A stretch of 64,000 bases of DNA from Spirochaetia bacterium (GTDB lineage Bacteria; Spirochaetota; Spirochaetia; SZUA-6; Bin103), in the NCBI GenBank assembly GCA_965203905.1, contig CBDBDQ010000005.1, forward strand, positions 4,384,001 through 4,448,000, in the 5' to 3' direction. The translations under genes were made by a program, and so were the position numbers. Below are positions 55,488 through 64,000 of this stretch, in pieces (the first letter of the stretch is position 1; each line of letters begins with the position of its first letter). Under the pieces are notes generated by a model. The model made no database searches. It was given only the letters and a program-made list of their open reading frames with translations, and was not told the origin of the DNA.

Positions 55488-56166
55488 AGCATTCGTTATC
55501 GATCCGCAGTTGGCCAAGCTAATGGGGGCGTATCCTTGCCCGCAGGACCTGCTTTCGGCCGCCGCGGCTGGGCCGCGTGAGAGGGCGATCCTCGCTCGGC
55601 TGTGGATTTCCGAAGGGATTCCGTTTGCGTTCAGTAGATGCCCGGGTGTCTATGAGGAAGTGCGCGATTCACTCGCCAAGAGACTGAGACTGGACGCGAA
55701 GCAAATCAGCATGGTCGGTAGCGGTCGGATCGGGTACTCCTTGGCACCCAAGAAGTGGGGTGAAGAGTACCGGGCAGAGTCGTCCGACCTAGATCTGTTT
55801 GCCGTGTCCGAACGGTTGTTCGAGAGATTGCGGGAGGACTTCGAACGCTGGCGCGACGACTATGCTCGTGGCGACATACAACCTAGTACGGGACAGGAAA
55901 GATTCTACTGGAACGCGAACCGAAGGGAGACGCCAATCTCCATTCAAAGAGGTTTTATCGATTCGATCCGCGTGCCGAATCGACAGCGTTACGCGGTCTT
56001 CTTGGCAATGAACAGCTGCCTCGCAGACGTCCGGCTCAAACTACTCGAGGCGGGCGAAGGTCCGAAGCCACGAAGCAGGTTGACGCTCAGGTGCTACAGG
56101 CACTGGGACTCGTGCGAACTCCAGATGACCATCAGCTTGAAAGCGGTCGTGGATTATCTGACCTAA
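55471..56166 (+). CDS. Pol-beta-superfamily nucleotidyltransferase-like protein
   Basis: MVGSGRIGYSL...SDLDL (GS plus DxD signature); overlaps the upstream gene by 17 bp. Confidence 0.75.
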   Translation: MAEGTKAFVIDPQLAKLMGAYPCPQDLLSAAAAGPRERAILARLWISEGIPFAFSRCPGVYEEVRDSLAKRLRLDAKQISMVGSGRIGYSLAPKKWGEEYRAESSDLDLFAVSERLFERLREDFERWRDDYARGDIQPSTGQERFYWNANRRETPISIQRGFIDSIRVPNRQRYAVFLAMNSCLADVRLKLLEAGEGPKPRSRLTLRCYRHWDSCELQMTISLKAVVDYLT

Positions 56167-56493
56167 TCAGTTGGTTGGCATCGAGATCCTCGTGATGACC
56201 TGAAGGCGGCGGATAACAATGATGATATGATAATGAGAAGGAAGAGCCACTGGAAGCGATCCAGAATCGGCCAGGCCCTCACTGTCGCTTTGGAAGCGGC
56301 GCTGGAGGCCGGCTCGGTTCTCGCGCCGGTAGCCGGCGGTTGACGGCTTGGGCGACGGTCGGAGTGGGTCATCGCGCCGTTTGCTGGAACGGATCCGGCG
56401 CTCCCCAGATTCGATCACCTCGCTCGCGGACAGCCACTCGAACACATGCTTCTGAATAAATGGAGTCATCGCCTTGCTACGCGTTCTACGGGG

Positions 56494-57345
56494 TCATCCT
56501 GAGCAATTCCGCAGTCTCTTCAGGAGGGCTTGATAGCGATTCGCTGTTCCTGAACTCACAACCGACTCGGCCAACATCATTTCGTGTTCTTCAGATTTGT
56601 ACCGTACGTCGTAATACCCACTCAAACTGGTCCGATAAACCTCCAGATCCCCCGCTGGAGCGATCTCAGTAGCGTCTACGTATAAAATGTACTTGTACTC
56701 TCCACTCGAAAAATAGAATCCATGATTTCCTATTGTACCCTCCATGTTGTAGGTGCCATTGTCGATCACTATATCCGGCTCGCTGTCGTGTAATCTGTGA
56801 ACTTTCCATGAGGCGTAACGGTATCCGTGGTCAACACGGTCTACTCTGATACGATAGGTGCAGGTCTCCCATTCTAGAACGGGAGAGCGGTAGTCTCTTA
56901 GACTCTCGTGCAACTCACGTCTTTCCAGATCGATCAACCGATACCTCTCGCGCTCTTCGAGTTCTGACTCATAGTTTATATTGCGTATTCGACCATCACT
57001 ATCGAACCATACAAGTCCACCGTGCAGTTGAAGCCCGCGCCATCCGATCCGGCCGCATTTGTCGTTGTCTGACGAGACGATGAGCCTCACAAACTCGTCG
57101 TCAAATATCTCTCCATAGCGCTCCATAAACTCGTCACGAGAAATACTTGGAAGCGGATGCCTCCTTCGTAGCGGGAATCTAATTGCTTCCGCTAATCGAT
57201 TCTTGTCTCCATCGCGCACTAACGCAATGAATCGATTGACTATCGATACGTCATCTTCTTCTTGATCCACACAAGAATCTACTTGCGCGGGCACCATCAC
57301 CGTGCCGAGCAAGAGGAGTGGACCGATGAGCACTACGATTCTCAA
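56494..57345 (-). CDS. Secreted hypothetical protein, AT-rich (foreign-looking)
   Basis: Signal-like N-terminus; FPLRR, IGWRGLQL, YRIRVD, YRYASW; start uncertain. Confidence 0.7.
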   Translation of the reverse strand: MRIVVLIGPLLLLGTVMVPAQVDSCVDQEEDDVSIVNRFIALVRDGDKNRLAEAIRFPLRRRHPLPSISRDEFMERYGEIFDDEFVRLIVSSDNDKCGRIGWRGLQLHGGLVWFDSDGRIRNINYESELEERERYRLIDLERRELHESLRDYRSPVLEWETCTYRIRVDRVDHGYRYASWKVHRLHDSEPDIVIDNGTYNMEGTIGNHGFYFSSGEYKYILYVDATEIAPAGDLEVYRTSLSGYYDVRYKSEEHEMMLAESVVSSGTANRYQALLKRLRNCSG

Positions 57346-57377
57346 CGGTCCGCCGAGCGTCCCACTTTGGTTCGCCT

Positions 57378-58994
57378 TTAATCGCTCAGGTGGCGGTCGT
57401 AGACCTTCTGGTAAATCTCCAGCAACCGCGGCAGGCCCATGCTGTCGAGCCGCTGCAGGTAGCCCTCCCAGTCCTCCTCGATGCCGCCGTCGACGATCCA
57501 CCTGGCGCCCATCTCCTGGGTGAACTGGTTGATCTCCGGCGCCAGGTCGGCGATCTCGTCGTTCTCCTCCTCCAGCATGTAGACCAGCGGGAAACGCACG
57601 TAGCTGGCGATGTAGGGCGCGTACTGCTCGTTGCCGGCGAACTTGTCGAGCTGGTCGGCGGTGGGCTCCATCAGGCGCATCACCTCGACCGGCAACGCAT
57701 AGATGCCCATGCCGCGCGGCACCGACTGGTTCTTCCAGCTGATGCGGCTCTCGAACCCGTCGGGGATCTCGGCGTGCACGTAGGTGCCGTCGCCCTTCTC
57801 GAGGATCTGCTTGCCGATGATCCCGAACCACGACTGCAGCGCCCAGGTCGGGTCGTACTGCAGGTCGGCCCAGCGCACCGCCGCCTGCGGGTACTCGGAG
57901 GCGCTGGTGACCGTGAACGCGTTGAGGAAGTAGCTCGGCGGATCGCCCGGCCAGCGCCGGCCCGCGGGCCCCTCCAGCGGATCCATGGTGACGTAGCCGC
58001 TGTCCACCCCCTCGCCGAACAGGTAGGCCGCGCTCCACGCCGTGAACGAGCCCAGGATCGGCGGGTCGAGCTGGCGCTGCTTGGCGGTCAGCTCGGCGTA
58101 GGAGTGGGAGAACGCCTCGATGTCGATCAGCCCCTCGGAATAGAGGCCGTGGAAGTACTCGATGCCGTCCCGGTAGGCGTCGGTGGCGGCCACGTAGATC
58201 ACCCGCGTCGGGTCGTCGCGGTCGATCGAGATGCCCATCTCCTCGCCGAGGTGGTGCTGGCGGTCGACCCCGAAGCTGCTGAACAGCGGGTACACGCCCA
58301 GCCAGCCGAAGGTACGGAAGGAGAGCGGGATCTCGTCCGCCTCGCCGTTGCCGTTGGGGTCGCCGTGCTTGAAGGCGCGCAGCACCTCGCGGTATTCGTC
58401 GTAGTTCTGCGGCATGTCGAGGCCCAGCTTGTCGAGCCAGTTCTTGTTGATGAAGAAGTGGAGCTGCGGCTCGGCGCCCGACTCCCAGATGCCGGGCATG
58501 GAGTAGATGTGGCCGTCCGGAGCCTGCATCGCAAGCCGCACCTCGGGCCGGTCTTGCAGGATGCGGTTCAGGTTCGGCGCCCACTGTGCGAGGTCGTCCT
58601 CGATCGCCCGGAACACGCCCTGCGGCGCGTGCGTGAGGATGTCCGCCGGGTCCAGCGTCTTGTGCATGAAGAACGCGTCCGGGTAGTCGCCCGAGGCGAA
58701 CAGCAGGTTCTTCTTCTCCTGGTACGCCTCCTCCTGGATCTGGCGCCACTCGACGTGGATGTTGGTCTTCTCCTCCACCATGTCGAAGAACTCCAGTCCC
58801 TCGTGCGGATAGGTCTTGTGGCCGATCACCCCCACCATCTCCAGGGTGATCTTCTCGGTAGTCACCGGGTAGCCGGAGTCGGTGTAGATGTCGGCAGCCG
58901 CCGTCCCCGTCTCCTCGGTGGCGGCGGCGAACGCGCCGCCCGCTCCCAGCGCGAGCAGGACTGCGGTACTCAGCAGCGTGCGAACCTGTTTCAT
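57378..58994 (-). CDS. Carbohydrate ABC substrate-binding protein, family 1
   Basis: AAGGAGG RBS; signal peptide; ASGDYPD, INKNWLDKLGL, DPNGNGEADEIP. Confidence 0.92.
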   Translation of the reverse strand: MKQVRTLLSTAVLLALGAGGAFAAATEETGTAAADIYTDSGYPVTTEKITLEMVGVIGHKTYPHEGLEFFDMVEEKTNIHVEWRQIQEEAYQEKKNLLFASGDYPDAFFMHKTLDPADILTHAPQGVFRAIEDDLAQWAPNLNRILQDRPEVRLAMQAPDGHIYSMPGIWESGAEPQLHFFINKNWLDKLGLDMPQNYDEYREVLRAFKHGDPNGNGEADEIPLSFRTFGWLGVYPLFSSFGVDRQHHLGEEMGISIDRDDPTRVIYVAATDAYRDGIEYFHGLYSEGLIDIEAFSHSYAELTAKQRQLDPPILGSFTAWSAAYLFGEGVDSGYVTMDPLEGPAGRRWPGDPPSYFLNAFTVTSASEYPQAAVRWADLQYDPTWALQSWFGIIGKQILEKGDGTYVHAEIPDGFESRISWKNQSVPRGMGIYALPVEVMRLMEPTADQLDKFAGNEQYAPYIASYVRFPLVYMLEEENDEIADLAPEINQFTQEMGARWIVDGGIEEDWEGYLQRLDSMGLPRLLEIYQKVYDRHLSD

Positions 58995-59005
58995 GGCTTC
59001 TCCTC

Positions 59006-59035
59006 CTTGATCGGACTTGATCGGACTTGATCGGA
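59006..59035. repeat. Perfect tandem repeat (CTTGATCGGA) x3 overlapping the RBS edge
   Basis: Directly read. Confidence 0.92.
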
Positions 59036-59258
59036 GCCTGTCGGGTACACCAAACCACGGGCACACCACGCCGTCAAGGACGTGCAGTCGGCGTGGTCGG
59101 CGTCAGGACATCCCCCGGATTACGCGGAAACCCGGCGACTCCCCGCGAGCGGTCGAACTGGTAGGTGCGCTCGCCACGCCACTGCCACTTGCGGAACGGC
59201 AGCACCTTGAAGCCGCCGCCGGCCAGCGCTGGCGATGCTCCCGGCCGGCGGCAGGCGG

Positions 59259-59710
59259 CTAGCGCCTCGGCGCGGAGCGCGGCAGCCGTTTCGCGTTGCC
59301 CGGCGGCGAGGTTGCGCACAGCAGCTCGCGGCCGCCGTTGGCGAAGAACAGGTACTTCCAGCGCGGGTCGCGGACCATCACCTTGAAGGCGTCGGTGCCG
59401 GGCAGCCCGTAGTAGCCAACGAGGACCTCGCGCGGCGCGGCCGCTCCCGCCACCATGCCCAGCACGTCGCGGCCTTCCCGGACTTCCGGGTGCCCGGCGG
59501 CGGTGGTGGCGATGCCGAACAGGTCGGTGAGGCACACCAGCTCGGTACGGCGCCGGTCGCGGGGCAGCCGCGCCGGCCAACTGACCAGGAACGGGATGCG
59601 GGCGCTGGCGTCGAAGAAGCTCTCCTTCTGCCAGGCGTGGTGGTCTCCGAGGTGATCGCCATCGTCGGAGAAGAAGCAAATCAGGGTGTCGTCCGCGTCC
59701 GGTCGCGCCT
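59259..59710 (-). pseudogene. Internal/C-terminal sulfatase fragment
   Basis: DTLICFFSDDGDHLGDH...KESFF...RIPFLV...WKY; the N-terminal CxPxR half is absent. Confidence 0.7.
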
Positions 59711-59853
59711 TATGCCGAATGACGACGATCACTGGTCGACGATACAATCCGTTGGCAACGTCAGAGCCCTCGGCGCATCGGACGCGAGTAGTAGCTGTCG
59801 GCTCAAAACCTGGTGGGAGCCGGTCAGCCGTTGGCATTGGAGGAGATACTTGA

Positions 59854-60441
59854 ATGCAAGAGATCGGGTTTCGCCGAATTGTTGAATCTGGAGTCTTCGT
59901 ATGGCCATGGAAGGAGCCGCAGGGTCTGCTGGTTATGAGCGGGGCAGCAGGTGGTGGTGGTGGCGGTGGCGGAGCATTCTGTCTCGAAGGCCTGAATCTT
60001 TATGGTGCAGGCGGCGGCGGCGGCGGCGGCGGCGGCGAGGAAACCCGCGTGATACACGGGAATGCGCACTATAAGGCGGCGGGTGGGGATGGCGGAGTCG
60101 GTGGTGACGGCGGCGGTCTTCACGAGGGCAAGCCTGTCGAAGGCCAGCATGGAAGAGGGTGCCACTACGGCGATGGCGGCCATGGCGGCTACGGGGCAGT
60201 CGTACCTCCGGTCGACGGCCGCCTTGCGTCAAACGGCGGCAATGGCGGGAAGGGCTTTCCGGGAGAGACTCGGATAGTTGAACTTGCCGATCTGACTTCC
60301 GGTGATCGTTTCGAGATCAAAATCGGTAGAGGTGGCAGTGGCGGTGGTGGCGGCCAGGGGTTCGCGGCAGGCGCTGGCGGTGCCACAGGAGCCGATGGAT
60401 TCGTACTGTTTGTTCCCGTACTTTCAGAAAAGGGGAAATAG
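59854..60441 (+). CDS. Glycine-rich-domain protein (phage tail-fibre-like)
   Basis: GGAGGAG RBS; FVWP...GAAGGGGGGG...IKIGRGG...DGFV architecture. Confidence 0.65.
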   Translation: MQEIGFRRIVESGVFVWPWKEPQGLLVMSGAAGGGGGGGGAFCLEGLNLYGAGGGGGGGGGEETRVIHGNAHYKAAGGDGGVGGDGGGLHEGKPVEGQHGRGCHYGDGGHGGYGAVVPPVDGRLASNGGNGGKGFPGETRIVELADLTSGDRFEIKIGRGGSGGGGGQGFAAGAGGATGADGFVLFVPVLSEKGK

Positions 60442-61094
60442 TGCTGCCTAGACGGGCCGCCGCCGGACATGCGAGCAGGCTAGACAGTCTGCCGATGGCA
60501 ATGGACTTGAAAGGATTTCGTGTTCAGGGAAACGGATGCCTACGCATCACCGAAGACCGTCACCCTCCAAGAATGACATGGAGTTCCAGTCGGCATGTCG
60601 ACAAAGTCGAAGAGACACTCCAAGCCTTGGTTGCGATGGGTGGAGCACGCAATCTCGGCGATATGCTGAATGTTGATCCTAATGAAGAAGCACACCCTGA
60701 GCGCGCCTACATGTCGCGCCTGAAGTTCCTGCAGGACGAGGCGGCACATGACGGGTACGTACTGAATCCTACTTCCGAAGTCGATTTCTGGCAGTTTGTT
60801 CGGTCCGCGCCCGACATTCGGAAAGGCAACCTGGTATTGATGGACAACGGTAACCTTAGAGCGATTTGGAAGGATGAACAGGGAACGCGCCTAGGCTTGC
60901 AGTTCCTTGGTGAAGGAATGGTGCAGTTCGTGATCTTCAAGCAGCGCAAGCAGGGACAACCGATTTCGAGGGTCAGTGGACGCGATTCTTTGGACGGACT
61001 AAAATGGATGATTGTCACCTATGAGCTCCATTCGTTGCTTTACCCAGGAAGCGCGACAGTGTACCGACAGGAGGCCACATCGTTCGTTACGTAA
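60441..61094 (+). CDS. Hypothetical protein; start uncertain, probable original stop at 61047-61049
   Basis: Protein-like core (LVLMDNGNLRAIWKD, LGLQFLG, ISRVSGRD). Confidence 0.7.
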   Translation: MLPRRAAAGHASRLDSLPMAMDLKGFRVQGNGCLRITEDRHPPRMTWSSSRHVDKVEETLQALVAMGGARNLGDMLNVDPNEEAHPERAYMSRLKFLQDEAAHDGYVLNPTSEVDFWQFVRSAPDIRKGNLVLMDNGNLRAIWKDEQGTRLGLQFLGEGMVQFVIFKQRKQGQPISRVSGRDSLDGLKWMIVTYELHSLLYPGSATVYRQEATSFVT

Positions 61095-61504
61095 AGCCGA
61101 GCATGATCCAAGAAGATGGGGCTGCGGATGGTTCAGACTTTCGTGTGCGCTCCACACGACCAGAAGAAGCAGGATTGTCCGTAAATTGGCTCGAGGTATT
61201 TGGACCGGACAAGGTCCATCAGCTGGACGAAGTGCGCCGTTTGTGCCGTCTACACTTGAGGCCAAACGGACGTTTTGCAGAAATAAATGTTGGCACGGTC
61301 ATACACCACGTAGCCACAGAGTTGGACTCGCTGCGCATCATCCATGATCCACTTGAAGCAACGGATCGTTTCGATGCCGACCCATCGCACGCGGAGATTA
61401 CCGGTCTGCCTCCGGGCGATTCGGATCAGGCTGTTTTGGTCGGCGATCTAATCGCAGAGTGCGTCATCGCGATGCACCCGGCCGGCGTCGGGGATGACGG
61501 CTGA
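61046..61504 (+). CDS. Putative ART-fold (R-S-H) protein; start appears mutated (AGG); first ATG at 61103
   Basis: HIVRYVKPS lies upstream of the first ATG; GLSVNWL; DPSHAEITG. Confidence 0.55.
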   Translation, partial: RKRDSVPTGGHIVRYVKPSMIQEDGAADGSDFRVRSTRPEEAGLSVNWLEVFGPDKVHQLDEVRRLCRLHLRPNGRFAEINVGTVIHHVATELDSLRIIHDPLEATDRFDADPSHAEITGLPPGDSDQAVLVGDLIAECVIAMHPAGVGDDG

Positions 61505-61791
61505 GACCAAGTTCGCATGATGCGAGCATGACGGGCCGCCGTTCAGTCTCGGTACCCCGGAGAGGCTCGACTCGTTCACGGCCCACAAGGCGACGGGCAT
61601 AAACCAGACAGGCGAGAAAGTCCTCGCGTATCCAGCCACGGGTAACCCTGGAGCAGGGTATCATGATCATCGCCAGCCGCCAGCATACCCAAGATATGTT
61701 CCTCCGCAAGGCGGCGACCTCGAATGATCGGCTTGCCCCCATAGATCCGTGGATCGACGGAGACTCTCTCCAACAGATCGGTTTCGTTCAC
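61464..61791 (-). pseudogene. DUF433 antitoxin, frameshifted at about 61630
   Basis: DPRIYGGKPIIRGRR...GYPWL continues in another frame as REDFLACLVYA. Confidence 0.8.
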
Positions 61792-62158
61792 GGCAGCCTC
61801 GGTCAGCGATTCTACTGGCGAAGCACGCTTGTCAATGTCGACTCACGAGGCCACCTGCCATGAGCGTGGCACGACCCGATAAAGGCTATGTCCCGCTGCG
61901 CAGACCTGGAGTCGGGCGGACGTGATCCGCGGCGGTCCGTTCGCCACGGTGGCCATCATCGGTGGTCGCGGTCGCGTCGGGCGGAAAGCCGGCGGCCAGT
62001 CGGAGCCAGCGCGTCGCTTCGTCCAGCACTTCCCGCGGGCATCGTGATGACCACCGCAAAGCGCCTCAAGCGTCAGCACGCAGCGATCCGACCAGGGCCG
62101 CGGCCTGCGGGAACGCGCGACAGATGCTCGGCAGCGTGCTATGTTACGCGCTTGCCGC

Positions 62159-62622
62159 ATGATGTATCACCAGACGCTGTTGTTCGAGAACGGGACGGGA
62201 GGCCACCGCGCCTACACCACGCCGACGCTGCTCACCACCGCCAGTGGCGCCATTCTGGCGATCTGCGAAGGCAGGAACAGCGACCCGAAGGTGATGGGGG
62301 GCGACTCCGGCGACATCGACCTGGTGATGCGGCGCAGCCTCGACGGCGGACGGAGCTGGGAGCCGAAGCGGGTGATCGTGCGCATCGGGCCCGACACCGA
62401 CGGCAACGCGGCGCCGGTGCTGGACCGGGAGACCGGTGCCGCTCCTGGAACGCCGGCAGGGTGGTGTACGAGGACCACGCCGCCTACTCCGACCTGTGCG
62501 TGGCGCCCGACATGAGCATCTGCTGCCTGTTCGACCACGGCTGCGGCACCGGCTACGACGGTCTGGCCCTGACGCGCTTCGACCTGGCATGGCTCACGGA
62601 CGGCGAGGATACGCTCGCCTGA
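62159..62622 (+). pseudogene. Sialidase (BNR) with large internal deletion
   Basis: N-terminal EGR...DIDLVMRRSLDGGRSW...PVLDRETG joined out of frame to C-terminal AAYSDL...FDLAWL. Confidence 0.8.
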
Positions 62623-62663
62623 GCGGGGCAGGACTGGCAAGGCTCGAGGGACGGAGCTGAGCG

Positions 62664-63020
62664 ATGGTGAGCTACCTGGTGCGGCGGGTCGTCTACATGC
62701 TGCTGCTCCTGGTGGTGCTCTCGTTCGTGTCGTTCGTGCTTATCGAGCTGCCGCCCGGCGACGCGCTGTCCACCATGATCCAGGAGATGTGGGCCAGCGG
62801 GCGCTCGGTATCCGCCGAGGACATTGGCTACCTGGAAGAACTGTACGGTTTGAACCGCCCGTTCCTGCTGCGTTACGGCAAGTGGTTCTTCAACCTGCTG
62901 CAGGGCGACATGGGCCAGTCGCTGATCCACGGCATGCCGGTGAAGCGGCTGATCAGCGAACGCTACTGGCTCACGGTAACGATCAGCTTCGCGTCGCTGC
63001 TGTTCGTGTTCGCGGTGGGA
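62664..63020 (+). pseudogene. 5' fragment of a DppB-like permease
   Basis: Resembles the N-terminus of 4723-5721 (ELPPGD, GDMGQS); similarity stops after LLFVFAVG. Confidence 0.8.
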
Positions 63021-63565
63021 TATTCGCGTACATCGAAGTCCTCCTCGAGGTCGATCACCACGGAGAACACGAAGATCAAGCGGTCCTCGCTGCCATAGCG
63101 CAGCTCCCATTCGAGATCATACGCCGGGGAGCTTGGAGACAGACCGGAAACGAAGTCTGATCTGATCTGCTTGGCCGCGCGCACCGCCGCAGTCAATGCC
63201 CCCAGATACTCATCAGCGCTCCATTCATCTGCCGGTGCACCGGTCATCAGGTCGGCCATGCTCGTGTGAGTATCGAATGTCCGCATCTGGTTGAGCGCGG
63301 TCTGCCACACGATGATTTCGTCTTCCGGCACATCGCGTACTGCAATTTCTTTCTCCGCCCGGCCCCCGTCGAGGGCGGCAGCATTGCGGCTTACGTCGGC
63401 CAACGCGACCTTGCGGTAGCGGAAGACGTGCTGACCTGGTTCATGCGAAGTTATCGACCGGAGCTGGTAGCCGTCGCCTCCAACAGTGGCTGAACGCCGC
63501 CTCGTAGAGGACTGGATCGGGAAGGTGGGAGTGCCGGGAGTCCCGAACCCAATTTCGCGGACCAT
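62963..63565 (-). CDS. Hypothetical protein in the sequence replacing the permease 3' part
   Basis: 200-codon ORF with protein-like composition; last codons run antisense into the permease fragment. Confidence 0.45.
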   Translation of the reverse strand: MVREIGFGTPGTPTFPIQSSTRRRSATVGGDGYQLRSITSHEPGQHVFRYRKVALADVSRNAAALDGGRAEKEIAVRDVPEDEIIVWQTALNQMRTFDTHTSMADLMTGAPADEWSADEYLGALTAAVRAAKQIRSDFVSGLSPSSPAYDLEWELRYGSEDRLIFVFSVVIDLEEDFDVREYPTANTNSSDAKLIVTVSQ

Positions 63566-63580
63566 CTCGGTGATCGACTC

Positions 63581-64000
63581 TCACGTGGCTCCATTCCCTG
63601 GTCGATGGTGGGAGGGGATCCAGTGGCGGGGCGGTGGCGCGGGCTGCTGGCGGCGGGCGTTGGCGTAGTCACTGGCGCACAGCACCTCCTCGAACAACAT
63701 CGCTTCCAGCTCGCGCCGAGTGCTGGCGTAGTCGGCGTCGGCGTAGCGGTTGTGCGTTTCGGCGCGATCTTCGATGCGGTCGTACAGTTCGCCGTGCGCG
63801 CCCCCGGCGTACTTGGTCAGGCGCCAGCGCTCGGTGGTGAGCGTGCGCATGCGCGCCGGCATCATGTCATCGTCGTTCTCGGTCAGCGCGGCCGTGCGCC
63901 GGTAGGGACCGGTGCCGCGCAGCGCCGGTGCGAACGAGATGCCCTGTACTCCCTCCGGTTCCGGCACGCCGGCGAGGTCCCACAGGGTGGCGGCGATGTC
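63581..64000 (-). CDS. Sulfatase C-terminal part (5' end beyond window edge)
   Basis: DIAATLWDLAG...VQGISF...WRL...GELYD...ETHN. Confidence 0.8.
   Translation of the reverse strand, partial: DIAATLWDLAGVPEPEGVQGISFAPALRGTGPYRRTAALTENDDDMMPARMRTLTTERWRLTKYAGGAHGELYDRIEDRAETHNRYADADYASTRRELEAMLFEEVLCASDYANARRQQPAPPPRHWIPSHHRPGNGAT

Noticed and set aside
53721-56200. Integron cassette array
   Set aside because: Genes overlap or are 12 bp apart, leaving no room for attC sites; no integrase seen
56163-56469. Two small minus-strand ORFs convergent with the NTase gene
   Set aside because: They overlap each other and have no recognisable motifs; probably remnants or spurious
56494-59064. 856-aa ORF suggesting an SBP-like fusion
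   Set aside because: The upstream part is an Arg/Pro/Gly-rich alternate frame of the SBP gene; only 56494-57345 looks like real protein
61920-62050. TVAIIGGRGRVG Rossmann-like stub
   Set aside because: No start and no continuation; cannot be told apart from chance in GC-rich DNA

Overview
High-GC bacterial chromosomal window. The signal-peptide style of the solute-binding proteins and the many PhyH dioxygenases, ADP-ribosylglycohydrolases, sulfatases and toxin-antitoxin remnants suggest a host-associated Spirochaetota-like organism, possibly from a sponge; this is an inference only. The backbone carries thiI-iscS, several ABC importer clusters lacking ATPases, and catabolic enzymes. A compact carotenoid operon headed by a B12-dependent CarH/LitR regulator (mvaS-crtE-crtY-crtI-crtB-crtT/crtU fusion-crtV) is predicted to make aromatic, isorenieratene-type carotenoids. 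A pduO adenosyltransferase is separated from it only by a 1.8-kb HEPN-hicBA cassette flanked by 40-bp direct repeats. Several AT-richer accessory patches lack any recognisable integrase or transposase. The strongest candidate for an undescribed system is a tightly coupled three-gene operon at 53721-56166: a Schlafen/AlbA_2 protein, a membrane-anchor-less GT51 transglycosylase domain and a Pol-beta-type nucleotidyltransferase, probably anti-phage. Other notable items are two partner plus ART-fold-like gene pairs whose second gene has lost its start, a frameshifted ParE toxin, TTCGCGAA motif clusters on both sides of a membrane LytTR gene, and short tandem repeats next to ribosome-binding sites. 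No rRNA, tRNA or CRISPR array was recognised. All family calls come from motifs recognised by eye, not from database searches.
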